Source: a virus
Taxonomy: Duplodnaviria; Caudoviricetes
Length of the DNA: 64,000 bases
Virus record (IMG/VR): IMGVR_UViG_3300021255_005861
Coordinates: 32,001-96,000 of that record
Direction: 5' to 3' (one strand)
Positions 28,309 through 37,481 of the stretch are shown here, piece by piece; the first letter of the stretch is position 1, and every line of letters starts with the position of its first letter. A program made the translations under genes and the position numbers. A model generated the notes under the pieces. The model saw only the letters and a list, made by a program, of their open reading frames with translations, had not been told where the DNA came from and did no database searches.

Positions 28309-31281
28309 ATGGCAGACATCAACGACATCAAGAACCGCACCGTGTCCCATGGGACACTCAACCCCGATCACCTTATTCCCGCTTTCTGCGACGTGCTGAA
28401 GGAGTACGCCCCGGAAAAGTACGCGGAGTTCATCAAGGACTACCCCGAGCTCGACGGCTGGGAGGAGTTCCTCGAGGCCGATTGGCGCCTCGTGTCAAAC
28501 GATACCAAGATGAACGCAAGCGACGAGTTGTTCGGGCTGCTGAACGACATCGCCCCCGAGGGCACAATGTTCAGTTCCACGGAAGGCGACGGGTCGGACT
28601 TCGGGTTCTGGACGGTCGAGGAAAAGAAGTCCGAGGCTGACGATGACAATAAGGATCTTAGAATCGGACTATATTATACTGAGGAAGAGCTGGCTATCCT
28701 GAAGGACATATTCAAGAAGTATGTCCAGGAAATTAGCGGAATCCGGTATAGCGTTCCTGAAGACTATACTATATCCTACGAGATTAGCGACGACCCTCTT
28801 GGCGACTTTGAGGCTGTCGTAAAGGCTACCGGCAAGAATGGCAAGACGATTTACTTGTGCAACCTGCATGGCGAAGTTCTTTGGGCGGTAAATACGCCCA
28901 AGCAGTTCTGGCATTATGTGGGTCAGGTGGACCCCAAGACGGGCGAGGAAAAGAAGGACAAGTACGTTATCCCGCCGAGGTCCTTCTTCCTTGATGACGA
29001 GTACTATGACAATGTAAAGCCGAGTACCAGGATTCCGTTGAACCCGTCCGACTGGGACAAGGTTGACGACTACTTCAAGAGATTCTTCAAGAAGAGAGGT
29101 GAAGGTTTCCTGGACGATGACGAGGGCGAGAAGGCCCTCAAGCAGATGGCCAAGGACGGCAAGAGCACTGGCGAGGTCGCCGCTGACATCCGATACGACG
29201 TCGCTACCACACTCGACATGGCGGCAGATAAGGCCGAGGACCTGATGACCAAGTTCGGCCTGGACAAGATTTACGTGCTACGCGCCAAGGGGCTGTCCCC
29301 GAAGGCCATCGCGAAGAAGATCCTGAAGGCTTGTGAGTCCAAGGCCGAGGCTGCACTGCGCCCCTGGAGGACTGACTTCGAGAAGGACCTCCAGAAGCGC
29401 ATAGACGATGCCAAGGGTACCAAGTACGACACCAAGAACTTTACCGCGGACGGCTGGGAATTCGTGACTGGCGACGTGTATGACGATGGCTCCGAGTATG
29501 GTAGCAACGGCAAGGATGTCGCCGTGGCCTTCTTCAAGCGTGAGCATGACGGCCAGTATTACCGCATGTGGCTTGCCTTCGACCCGGACACCAAGGAAAT
29601 TACCGGTGGCAAGTGGTGGATTGAGAGCGACGAGTCCAAGGACGAACGCCGCGACAGCGCCGACTACCTCCAGGAGGTGTGGGACGCCCTTGTATCCGTA
29701 TGGGACAAGGAAAAGTTCGACATGGCCAAGGGCTACGACGACGAGTACGAGTGCGAGGCCATCACTATTGTCTCCAAGGACAACGAGGGCGTACGCGCCA
29801 AGATATACGTGGATGACCACGAGGGTAAGCACCCGGTTGGATTCGACGTCATCTACCGCTACCCCGGCGACAAGGGCGTAGGCGACCTGGGCTACTACGA
29901 GTTCCAGAGCACGGACTTTGACGAGACCGCCCCGGAGATATTCGCCTACTTCGACGAACTCAAGGGAAAAGTTAGCGAGGCCAAGGGAGACAACTGGGTA
30001 GCCTACTACTTCTGCGAGGACCCGCAGGGTCTAGAGTGGGCGGTGCTCCCGCACGCCATCAATGGCATCGGCAACGCCTCCTGCGTAAATTCCCGCGGTG
30101 GCAATGACAGCATCGCTATCGAGTATGTGCTGGACGAGTGCACTCCTATCGAGGACGTGAAGGGCTCGGACATCTACGGCAAGGTTAAAGACTTCGAGGA
30201 CCGCAACATCGTGGCTCTCACGAGGGACGAGGCCGAGCGCATCGCCATTGCCGATGACCGCCTGGAAATGTTGAAGTCCGTAGTGGCTGGCAAGGACGAG
30301 TCCTGCAAGAGAGAAGCCACCGGCGTCGCCGCCATCTATGGCGACGGGGACGTGTCTACGCATGAGAACTCCGCGGACGGCTTCTACGTGGACGAGCACG
30401 ATCCGATGGGCTTCGCCGTCCTCAACAACGACACTGCCACGATGAAGGAACTCTTCTCCGGCAAGGCCGTCGCTCCCGAGAAGCCCTGGACATATGCGGG
30501 CTGGCACGAGGACACCGACGCTCCCGAGAACAAGGACGGCAGTTACCCCTACGTCTACGACTGGGAACGCGAGTACGACCTGAACTTCGTGAACGACTGG
30601 AAGCGTGTCGTTGGGGACAAGGACAACGAGGAAGCCCTTGAGCTCCTGCTCAAGTATGCACCGGACTTCATCCCGTCGGCGATGGACTTCTGGAACGCCT
30701 TCCACGCTGGCTACAGCAAGGGACTGCTCCGCAAGCTGTTCAACAACATCTTCGCCGTCGTGGACAAGGACGACCCGAACAACAACTACCTCGGCTACGA
30801 GGACTACACGTACGATGAGGTCGCCAAGTTCCTGGACGGCAAGGACGAGGCTGCCGATAGCCGTCGCGTTGACGACTATGCGAACATGCGCTTCTTTGAC
30901 CCGGAGGAATTCGTCAAGTACGTACGCAAGGCCTATGGCAAGGATGGGGGCTATGTATCTATTGACTCCGTCGTTCCAGTTTCCGTTCTAAACAAGGCCA
31001 ACCGCATGGCGCAGAAGAACGGGTATAGCAAGCTGGAGTCCAAGAAGTCCGAAAGCCTGACGCTCAAGCAGAAGGAACTCAAGGACATGGCCCGCTACGG
31101 CGAGGCAGAGGACATCACCACGATATCCGACGCCGAGGCCAAGGAACTCAAGAAGAAGGGTATCGAGACGGTGGGCGTGAGCCGCGGTACCTACGGCATG
31201 AACGGTGCGCTCCTGCGCGACCGCGATGGCAACAAGTACGTTATCACCGCCCGCAGTTCTAACCTGTTTTACTTTGTATAA
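28309..31281 (+). CDS. large multi-module (polyvalent-like) acidic protein
   Basis: 990 aa, about 8 segments separated by EKKSE/ESKAE/ESKDE/ESCKRE/ESKKSE. Confidence 0.85.
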   Translation: MADINDIKNRTVSHGTLNPDHLIPAFCDVLKEYAPEKYAEFIKDYPELDGWEEFLEADWRLVSNDTKMNASDELFGLLNDIAPEGTMFSSTEGDGSDFGFWTVEEKKSEADDDNKDLRIGLYYTEEELAILKDIFKKYVQEISGIRYSVPEDYTISYEISDDPLGDFEAVVKATGKNGKTIYLCNLHGEVLWAVNTPKQFWHYVGQVDPKTGEEKKDKYVIPPRSFFLDDEYYDNVKPSTRIPLNPSDWDKVDDYFKRFFKKRGEGFLDDDEGEKALKQMAKDGKSTGEVAADIRYDVATTLDMAADKAEDLMTKFGLDKIYVLRAKGLSPKAIAKKILKACESKAEAALRPWRTDFEKDLQKRIDDAKGTKYDTKNFTADGWEFVTGDVYDDGSEYGSNGKDVAVAFFKREHDGQYYRMWLAFDPDTKEITGGKWWIESDESKDERRDSADYLQEVWDALVSVWDKEKFDMAKGYDDEYECEAITIVSKDNEGVRAKIYVDDHEGKHPVGFDVIYRYPGDKGVGDLGYYEFQSTDFDETAPEIFAYFDELKGKVSEAKGDNWVAYYFCEDPQGLEWAVLPHAINGIGNASCVNSRGGNDSIAIEYVLDECTPIEDVKGSDIYGKVKDFEDRNIVALTRDEAERIAIADDRLEMLKSVVAGKDESCKREATGVAAIYGDGDVSTHENSADGFYVDEHDPMGFAVLNNDTATMKELFSGKAVAPEKPWTYAGWHEDTDAPENKDGSYPYVYDWEREYDLNFVNDWKRVVGDKDNEEALELLLKYAPDFIPSAMDFWNAFHAGYSKGLLRKLFNNIFAVVDKDDPNNNYLGYEDYTYDEVAKFLDGKDEAADSRRVDDYANMRFFDPEEFVKYVRKAYGKDGGYVSIDSVVPVSVLNKANRMAQKNGYSKLESKKSESLTLKQKELKDMARYGEAEDITTISDAEAKELKKKGIETVGVSRGTYGMNGALLRDRDGNKYVITARSSNLFYFV

Positions 31282-31293
31282 GGAGAAGACACT

Positions 31294-31962
31294 ATGTCCA
31301 AGATGACGATTAAAGTTCGTGAATCCAAGAAGCGTTCCGAGAAGCGGACCGTTCAACCGCCTAGTTATGATGTCTATACCTACGATGAACTTTCGGACGA
31401 AGCCAAGGAAAAGGTGAAGGATTGGTTCCTTGACATTCGTCGTGAAGACGATGGGGGTATTTTCCAAGACTCTTGCCTGGAAACTCTTAATGAAGTGTTC
31501 CCTAATTCCGATGTTAAGGTAGAGTATTCTCTGTCTTATAGCCAAGGCGATGGTTTTAATACCTATGGCAAGTTGGATGTGAATGACTTGTTGAACGTAG
31601 ATTTGTCTAAATACCCACTAAAAGACTCCAAGTATATCACTCCGCTTTCGGACAAGGACGCTATTAAGGCGGTATGTGAAAAAGCGGATGTTACAAGTAT
31701 TGACCTGCCCGAAAACCGCAGATACGGCTATTCTATGGCAGACAGAATTGAGGTCGTTCCTGATTACGATGTGGAATTGACCGACGAGGAAACTGCCCTG
31801 TTGAGTGAACTTGAAAAGTTTGCACAGGATGTTATGGGTTTTCTAAACAGTCATTTTGAAAGCAGTGGCTATGACTATTTTTATGAAGCCACTGACGAAG
31901 AAGTTGCTGATTGGGCAGATGTGAACGAGTATGAATTTACTGAAGATGGCAAACTTGCATAA
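31294..31962 (+). CDS. tagged acidic protein (MSKMTIKVRE)
   Basis: YTYDELSDEAKEK...YSQGDG...NEYEFTEDG, a common phage domain. Confidence 0.8.
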   Translation: MSKMTIKVRESKKRSEKRTVQPPSYDVYTYDELSDEAKEKVKDWFLDIRREDDGGIFQDSCLETLNEVFPNSDVKVEYSLSYSQGDGFNTYGKLDVNDLLNVDLSKYPLKDSKYITPLSDKDAIKAVCEKADVTSIDLPENRRYGYSMADRIEVVPDYDVELTDEETALLSELEKFAQDVMGFLNSHFESSGYDYFYEATDEEVADWADVNEYEFTEDGKLA

Positions 31963-31968
31963 GGAGAA

Positions 31969-32820
31969 GTGACTATGAAGCAGTTTAAGTGCTCTATGAG
32001 CAAGAAGAACGAAAAGGGCACTACACAGATTGAAACTTATGAGGGCTTTGACGAACTCTTGGGTTATGCCGATGCCGAATATCTGCTTGAAGATGTCGTG
32101 GACGTTCTCTCCAAGTATTATACTTACGAAGATGAAACCTTTGACGAAGACCAGGCAAAGGATGACCCCGAATTTACTATCAAGATAGAAGGTGGTGATG
32201 AACGGGCTGATTTCTACTCCGAAGATATTTTCTACGTTCATCTGCCTAACAAGGAAGCCGCCGAAGAATTGGCAAAGGTCCTGGGTGGCGAGTTGAGCGA
32301 ATCCAAGAAACCCGAATCCTGCAAGGACGGCAAGAAAGAGAGTATGGAACGCTGCGACTCTTGCGGTGCGGTTATGACCGAGTATGACTATGACCGCTAT
32401 GGTGGTCTTTGCAAGCGTTGTAGGGATAAGGGCGAGGCGAAGAAGCCTGCTGAAAGTTCCAAGAAGTCCGAAGGCATCTCCGATATGATCGACGCCAAGA
32501 TCGACTACAACATGTTCATGCGCATGTGCAAGACCGCTGCATATCTCGAGGAGGACGAGGACTACTGGGATGCCCTGTGGGAATACTACTCCGAAGTAGG
32601 TAGCATTGGCGACGCGCTCGTGTTTTTCGACAACTTGTTCCAGTATACCTCTTGGAAAACCGCAGAGGAATTGTGGACGGACTACTCCAATATCCTCGGC
32701 GACAAGCCGGAAGGTAAGGACTACGAGGAGGCTCTGGACGCCTACTTGGATGAAAATGACAACGAGGTGGGGAGATCTGCCGTCTACAAGTATGGGGACC
32801 ACTACCTCATGCTCCACTAG
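31969..32820 (+). CDS. multi-module acidic protein
   Basis: SKKNE, ESKKPE, ESSKKSE linkers; small CxxC module. Confidence 0.75.
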   Translation: MTMKQFKCSMSKKNEKGTTQIETYEGFDELLGYADAEYLLEDVVDVLSKYYTYEDETFDEDQAKDDPEFTIKIEGGDERADFYSEDIFYVHLPNKEAAEELAKVLGGELSESKKPESCKDGKKESMERCDSCGAVMTEYDYDRYGGLCKRCRDKGEAKKPAESSKKSEGISDMIDAKIDYNMFMRMCKTAAYLEEDEDYWDALWEYYSEVGSIGDALVFFDNLFQYTSWKTAEELWTDYSNILGDKPEGKDYEEALDAYLDENDNEVGRSAVYKYGDHYLMLH

Positions 32821-32916
32821 GAAAAAAGGGCACATAATTAGTGTGCCCATTTTCCTTATTTTTATTATATTTAAACTAAACAATATATTTAAACTAAACA
32901 AAAGGAGTTTATCACT

Positions 32917-33330
32917 ATGGATTACAGAAAAATCGCCGATGGCTGGGAAACGTACGACTACGAGGAAGCGGTGTTCAACGACGCCAAGGAAGCCATTCTC
33001 GAGTACATCGACTACCACAAGGACGAGGGCGACCTCCCGGACGACATCGAGGACATGCGTGACGAACTGAACGACGTCCTGTGGACGGAAGACTCCGTTA
33101 CCGGCAACGGCAGTGGGTCCTACACCTTCAGCCGCATCATGGCCGAACTCTACCTCATCGGCAACAGCGACCTCTACGAGCAGGCTTTGGAAGACCTCGG
33201 GGGCAAGTTCGACCCTGAACCCGAGAACCGCGACATCGCTATCCGCTGCAACCTGCTCGGCGGCGCCATCGACAAGGCGCTCGAGGACGAGGAAGTGAAA
33301 AAGGCTTTTGAGGACGCAAAAAAGGGCTAG
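32917..33330 (+). CDS. highly acidic phage protein (possible DNA mimic)
   Basis: DSVTGNGSGSYTF...IRC motif; very D/E-rich. Confidence 0.75.
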   Translation: MDYRKIADGWETYDYEEAVFNDAKEAILEYIDYHKDEGDLPDDIEDMRDELNDVLWTEDSVTGNGSGSYTFSRIMAELYLIGNSDLYEQALEDLGGKFDPEPENRDIAIRCNLLGGAIDKALEDEEVKKAFEDAKKG

Positions 33331-33331
33331 T

Positions 33332-33733
33332 ATGAAGATTACCATTCACGAGGCACGCAAGTCGATAGTCACGGAACTCACGTCCGCTATCCAGAAGAAC
33401 AAGCCCAAGGTTCTATTGAGCGACGACGCCGTGGTGTACTTTGATGACTACGACGATATGCTTGACGAGTTTGAAACCGCCTACCAGACATACGTCCACG
33501 TCAGCGGCAACCCGGACGAGGACATCCTGTTCTTGTACGAGCCCGACGAGAATATCGTGGTTATCGGCGACTTCGACGTAGACCACGAGGCTCGCGACCG
33601 CGCCAAGGAACTCATGGAGAAGTTCGTCCGCGGGGAACTGGTCAAGGCCGACAAGCCCCTCGGTGGACTGGATTACGTCGTTATCGAGGACGGCAATACC
33701 TATACTGCCACGGCATTCGTGGAAAGGGAATAG
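33332..33733 (+). CDS. tagged acidic protein (MKITIHE)
   Basis: Start reassigned. Confidence 0.75.
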   Translation: MKITIHEARKSIVTELTSAIQKNKPKVLLSDDAVVYFDDYDDMLDEFETAYQTYVHVSGNPDEDILFLYEPDENIVVIGDFDVDHEARDRAKELMEKFVRGELVKADKPLGGLDYVVIEDGNTYTATAFVERE

Positions 33734-33734
33734 C

Positions 33735-35099
33735 ATGCGTATTACGAACCATAACATTGCCGAGAAGAAGCTCGGCAAGTCGGACATGAAGAAACTCGCA
33801 TCCGCCATCAACCGCGGATACATCTTCGAGGCCCTGGACATCGCCGAGGAAGTCGCCAAGACCAACCTCGATGAGGTCAAGAAGGCCGGGGAAGCCCTGG
33901 ACGAGTGCGAGCAGGCTCTCGCCGCCATTACCCTGTACAAGGGCAAGCTGGACGCCATCGGCGCTACAGCGGTGCGCAAGGCCATCGACTACACCTACAG
34001 CGAGGAAGGCGAGTCCGCCGAAAAGATAATGAAGACCGTCAAGGAGGCGCTCAAGGAACTGTACACGCAGTTCGGCGACCTCGCCAACGCCCGCGAGATG
34101 GTCAGCACGTTCCGCAGCAAGTACGCCTCCAACGGCACGATGTCGCTCAACAACGGCGGCAACGCCGTGGCCGTGACCCGCCAGGAACTGGAGGAGCTCG
34201 GTCTCGACCCGAATGTGTCCGCGTACGACTACATCTCCCGCACCAGCGTATCCGACAAGACCAAGAACGCCAAGCTGGCCGAGGAACTCGCCCCCATCAT
34301 CGAGAACGCCAAGAGCCTGACCACGTCCATCGTGGCGGCGGGCGAGAAGACGATAGCCGTGGAGGAGTTCAACAAGCTGCTCGCCTACCTCGAGGACCTC
34401 AAGAAGCGCTCCGAGGAAACCACGAAGGTTATCGCTACCCGTTTCTTCCAGGCCACACCCGCCGAGATCGACACTATCCCGAAGGAATCCCGTATGCAGG
34501 AGGGTATCCTGGATACGCTCAAGAATATGTTCAAGGGCGTCATGGACGCCGTTACCGAGGGCGTGGGCAAGGTGCTCGACTATTTGTTCGGGATGCAGGA
34601 CGAGGTGGACAACGCCGTGGACGCCTACGACGATCTCATGGCCACGCTCGCTTCCATGGGCTATAAGGTCAAGACTACCCCGCGTGAGAAGCACGAGAGC
34701 GTGTCTAGCCTCGTTGCCAAGATTAGCGAGTCCGTTGGCGTAGCCTGCGACAACCTGGCCAAGGACGCCTCCCTCGACGGCGAGTTCGTGGACGAGATAA
34801 TCTACACGAAGGAAGCCTTCAAGGACATCGCCGACTCCTTGAACAAGGCTACCGAGTCGCTCAAGGCGCTCAAGGGTATCGCCTCCTACCACGTCAACGA
34901 GGGCAACATGGAAATCGTGGGCATCCTCGCCGACGCCATTACCAAGATTGCCGCGGACAACAGCGGAGAGGAAGAGGACGATGGGAGCGAACTCCCGGAC
35001 GAACTCCCGCAAGAGGTTGACCGCACGTACCAGGGTGGAGAGCAGGAAGTGCCCGAAGAGGAAGAGCCCCCCTTCGGCGAGGAACCCGGCGAGTTCTAA
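33735..35099 (+). CDS. helical, probably virion-internal protein
   Basis: Start MRITNH; coiled-coil-like, acidic tail. Confidence 0.75.
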   Translation: MRITNHNIAEKKLGKSDMKKLASAINRGYIFEALDIAEEVAKTNLDEVKKAGEALDECEQALAAITLYKGKLDAIGATAVRKAIDYTYSEEGESAEKIMKTVKEALKELYTQFGDLANAREMVSTFRSKYASNGTMSLNNGGNAVAVTRQELEELGLDPNVSAYDYISRTSVSDKTKNAKLAEELAPIIENAKSLTTSIVAAGEKTIAVEEFNKLLAYLEDLKKRSEETTKVIATRFFQATPAEIDTIPKESRMQEGILDTLKNMFKGVMDAVTEGVGKVLDYLFGMQDEVDNAVDAYDDLMATLASMGYKVKTTPREKHESVSSLVAKISESVGVACDNLAKDASLDGEFVDEIIYTKEAFKDIADSLNKATESLKALKGIASYHVNEGNMEIVGILADAITKIAADNSGEEEDDGSELPDELPQEVDRTYQGGEQEVPEEEEPPFGEEPGEF

Positions 35100-35119
35100 A
35101 CGAGCCTAAAACCGAGATA

Positions 35120-35152
35120 GAAGTTCCGCGGAAGTTCCGCGGAACTTTTTTC
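35120..35152 (+). terminator. terminator built from a tandem palindrome
   Basis: AAGTTCCGCGGAAGTTCCGCGGAACTT followed by Ts. Confidence 0.65.
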
Positions 35153-35221
35153 ATTTAGGGGGCTCGGAATCTTTAGTTTTTATGTATATTTAGGGTATAT
35201 TTTTCACGAGGTTAAACCTTT

Positions 35222-36247
35222 ATGATTATTGACCGCATACTCGACCGAAAGGGCTGGGAAGAGGACGGGAAGTACGACTACTACGACCCGAAGGAGTTCT
35301 ACAACGACATGATGGGCTATGCCGACATGGGCGGAGAGGAGATAGCCCGCGCCATGGACTTCGGCGAGGAAGAGGACGTCCGCAGGGAACTCTGCAAGTA
35401 CATCACCGACCATAACTACAACCCCGAGATATGCAAGTACATCAACTCGGTAAACTGGCTCACGGCCAACGAGCCCCCGAAAGTTAAGAAGGAGCCGTAT
35501 TGGGTCAAGTCCCACGGCGTGAACCCGATATTCAAGTACGTCCTTCGCCGCATGGAGTTCGGCGAGCCTTACGACTACAGCGAGTTCGCGAAGATAGTCA
35601 AGAAGGAAGCCAAGCCCGGATTCCACGGACACCACCCGCTCTACTACGCCGTCGTGACGTACAAGGACGAGACGGAAACGAAGGAAGTGCTCTGCGACAT
35701 GGTGCGCCGCAACCTAAGCAAGTTCGTGGATATGGACGTGGATAAGATATGCAACTTCGTGAACTCCGTGGACTGGATTCCGTCGAAGAAGACGGAAGAC
35801 TACGACGAGTCCGGCTACGTCCCGTGTCTCGTGGATTCCTACGACGGGGACTGGCTGTGGGAATTCTCGGGAGGGAACTCCATTGATGATTGCGGATTCG
35901 CGTTCAACGTGGACAAGTGGGTTGCGCTCGCGGGGATAGAGGACAAGGATGTTGCCCGTCGCCTCGTCGAGAATAACGACATGCTATCGGAGGAGTTCGC
36001 TCGTGTGGCCATCAGGTCCTTCTCCGTGTCCGCCGGCGGGTTCTATTCCGACGGGGTGCGTACTTCCGTGGAAGACCTCCCCAGCAGGGACGAATTCGCG
36101 GGCATGCTCAAGGACTGCGTGGACAACGTACTGAACATCAACCTTGAGGGGCTGGCCGAGGACGTCGAGCAGGCGCTGCTCTCCGACGAGGTCGTGGACA
36201 AGATGTACGACGAGTTCTACGACACCTACCACAATTACGAGGAGTAG
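35222..36247 (+). CDS. multi-module protein with duplicated N-terminal domain
   Basis: ICKYINSVNWL / ICNFVNSVDWI; SKKTE linker. Confidence 0.8.
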   Translation: MIIDRILDRKGWEEDGKYDYYDPKEFYNDMMGYADMGGEEIARAMDFGEEEDVRRELCKYITDHNYNPEICKYINSVNWLTANEPPKVKKEPYWVKSHGVNPIFKYVLRRMEFGEPYDYSEFAKIVKKEAKPGFHGHHPLYYAVVTYKDETETKEVLCDMVRRNLSKFVDMDVDKICNFVNSVDWIPSKKTEDYDESGYVPCLVDSYDGDWLWEFSGGNSIDDCGFAFNVDKWVALAGIEDKDVARRLVENNDMLSEEFARVAIRSFSVSAGGFYSDGVRTSVEDLPSRDEFAGMLKDCVDNVLNINLEGLAEDVEQALLSDEVVDKMYDEFYDTYHNYEE

Positions 36248-36251
36248 TCCT

Positions 36252-36776
36252 ATGCTCAAAATCCGAGTTCACGAAAGACTTAACGAGGCATTCAACCCCA
36301 AGACCGTCAAGATTGGCAACCAGGTGTGGATGGCAGAAAATCTCGCCATTGACGATGGTGGCGAGGGTATTAAGGTTCGGAATGGAAATACATATTATGA
36401 TTGGGATGCTGCGATGCGTGTGGCTTCAAACATAAAAGGTTGGCATCTGCCGACATTATCCGAATTTGAAGATTTAGTTGAATTTGTAGGTCCCAAACCC
36501 GCAAATAAATTGAAATCCACAGAGGGATGGGTATTTGAAGAATGGCGGGGTTTAGATACAAAAGGCACTGATGATTTTGGATTTACAGCCCTGCCCGTGG
36601 GGTGTATGGACGTAGCGGGTCTTGGAGGCGTAGGCTACCGCACTCGGTTTTGGAGTTCCTCTTGTAGTGATAAAAAAACCGCCCGAACACTGTCATTATG
36701 GAATGATTTGTCCCGTGTAAATTTCCTACACGATGATAAAGAACTTCTTTTGTCCGTCCGCTTAATCAAGGACTAG
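36252..36776 (+). CDS. tagged Fib_succ_major (FISUMP)-like protein
   Basis: TVKIGNQVWMAENL, GWHLPT..EF..L, GTDDFGFTALP, FWSS, SVRLIKD. Confidence 0.85.
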   Translation: MLKIRVHERLNEAFNPKTVKIGNQVWMAENLAIDDGGEGIKVRNGNTYYDWDAAMRVASNIKGWHLPTLSEFEDLVEFVGPKPANKLKSTEGWVFEEWRGLDTKGTDDFGFTALPVGCMDVAGLGGVGYRTRFWSSSCSDKKTARTLSLWNDLSRVNFLHDDKELLLSVRLIKD

Positions 36777-36780
36777 CCCT

Positions 36781-37458
36781 ATGCCTCGCAGCCTCGACGA
36801 CATGGAATACCTCAAGGGCAAGCACGCCCAGAACGTGATAACGAATATCGCGGACCTCCATACCTATGTCGCCTTGAAGCACAGCATATCCATCATCGGG
36901 TACAACACCGAGGTGTACCTGCCCCGCGAGGGCAAGCGCATCGACGAGCCCGAGGAACTGACACCGGGCGGACGCCCCGACCTATACGGCGCCCCCATAC
37001 TGGGCGACTACGAGCCCGAGACGAGAACGGGCTCCCTCTACAACGACAAGGACCATGAGTACCTGTACGAGGACACCCCGGACTTCATCGCCCGCATCGC
37101 GTTCCTCGACCCGCAGGCGCAGCCCGTTATCCGCGGCACGGATACGTTCATCAGCGAGGAGAACACCGCCTACACGCTCAAGTGGACCGACGGCGAGGAG
37201 GGTTCCGTAGTGGACAGCGCCCGCGACGACATCGTCACGTCCCGCCCGTACCCCCAGCCGATATCCTACAAGGACGGCAAGCCCACGCACCGCAACTACT
37301 GCCCTGGCGATATCGCCCTCTACAGCAAGCTGCTCATTCACTACGGCGGCGAGGACTTGAGCTACTTCGTGAAGAACGTGCGCGTGCTCCGCAACCCGAA
37401 TGCCAAGTACGAGGCGCATGAAGCCCTAATTTACCTGGATTTAGTCCTCCACTTGTAG
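36781..37458 (+). CDS. hypothetical protein (possibly neck/head completion)
   Basis: 225 aa in the late region; function guessed from context only. Confidence 0.6.
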   Translation: MPRSLDDMEYLKGKHAQNVITNIADLHTYVALKHSISIIGYNTEVYLPREGKRIDEPEELTPGGRPDLYGAPILGDYEPETRTGSLYNDKDHEYLYEDTPDFIARIAFLDPQAQPVIRGTDTFISEENTAYTLKWTDGEEGSVVDSARDDIVTSRPYPQPISYKDGKPTHRNYCPGDIALYSKLLIHYGGEDLSYFVKNVRVLRNPNAKYEAHEALIYLDLVLHL

Positions 37459-37481
37459 CAAAAAAGAATTATATTTACGGT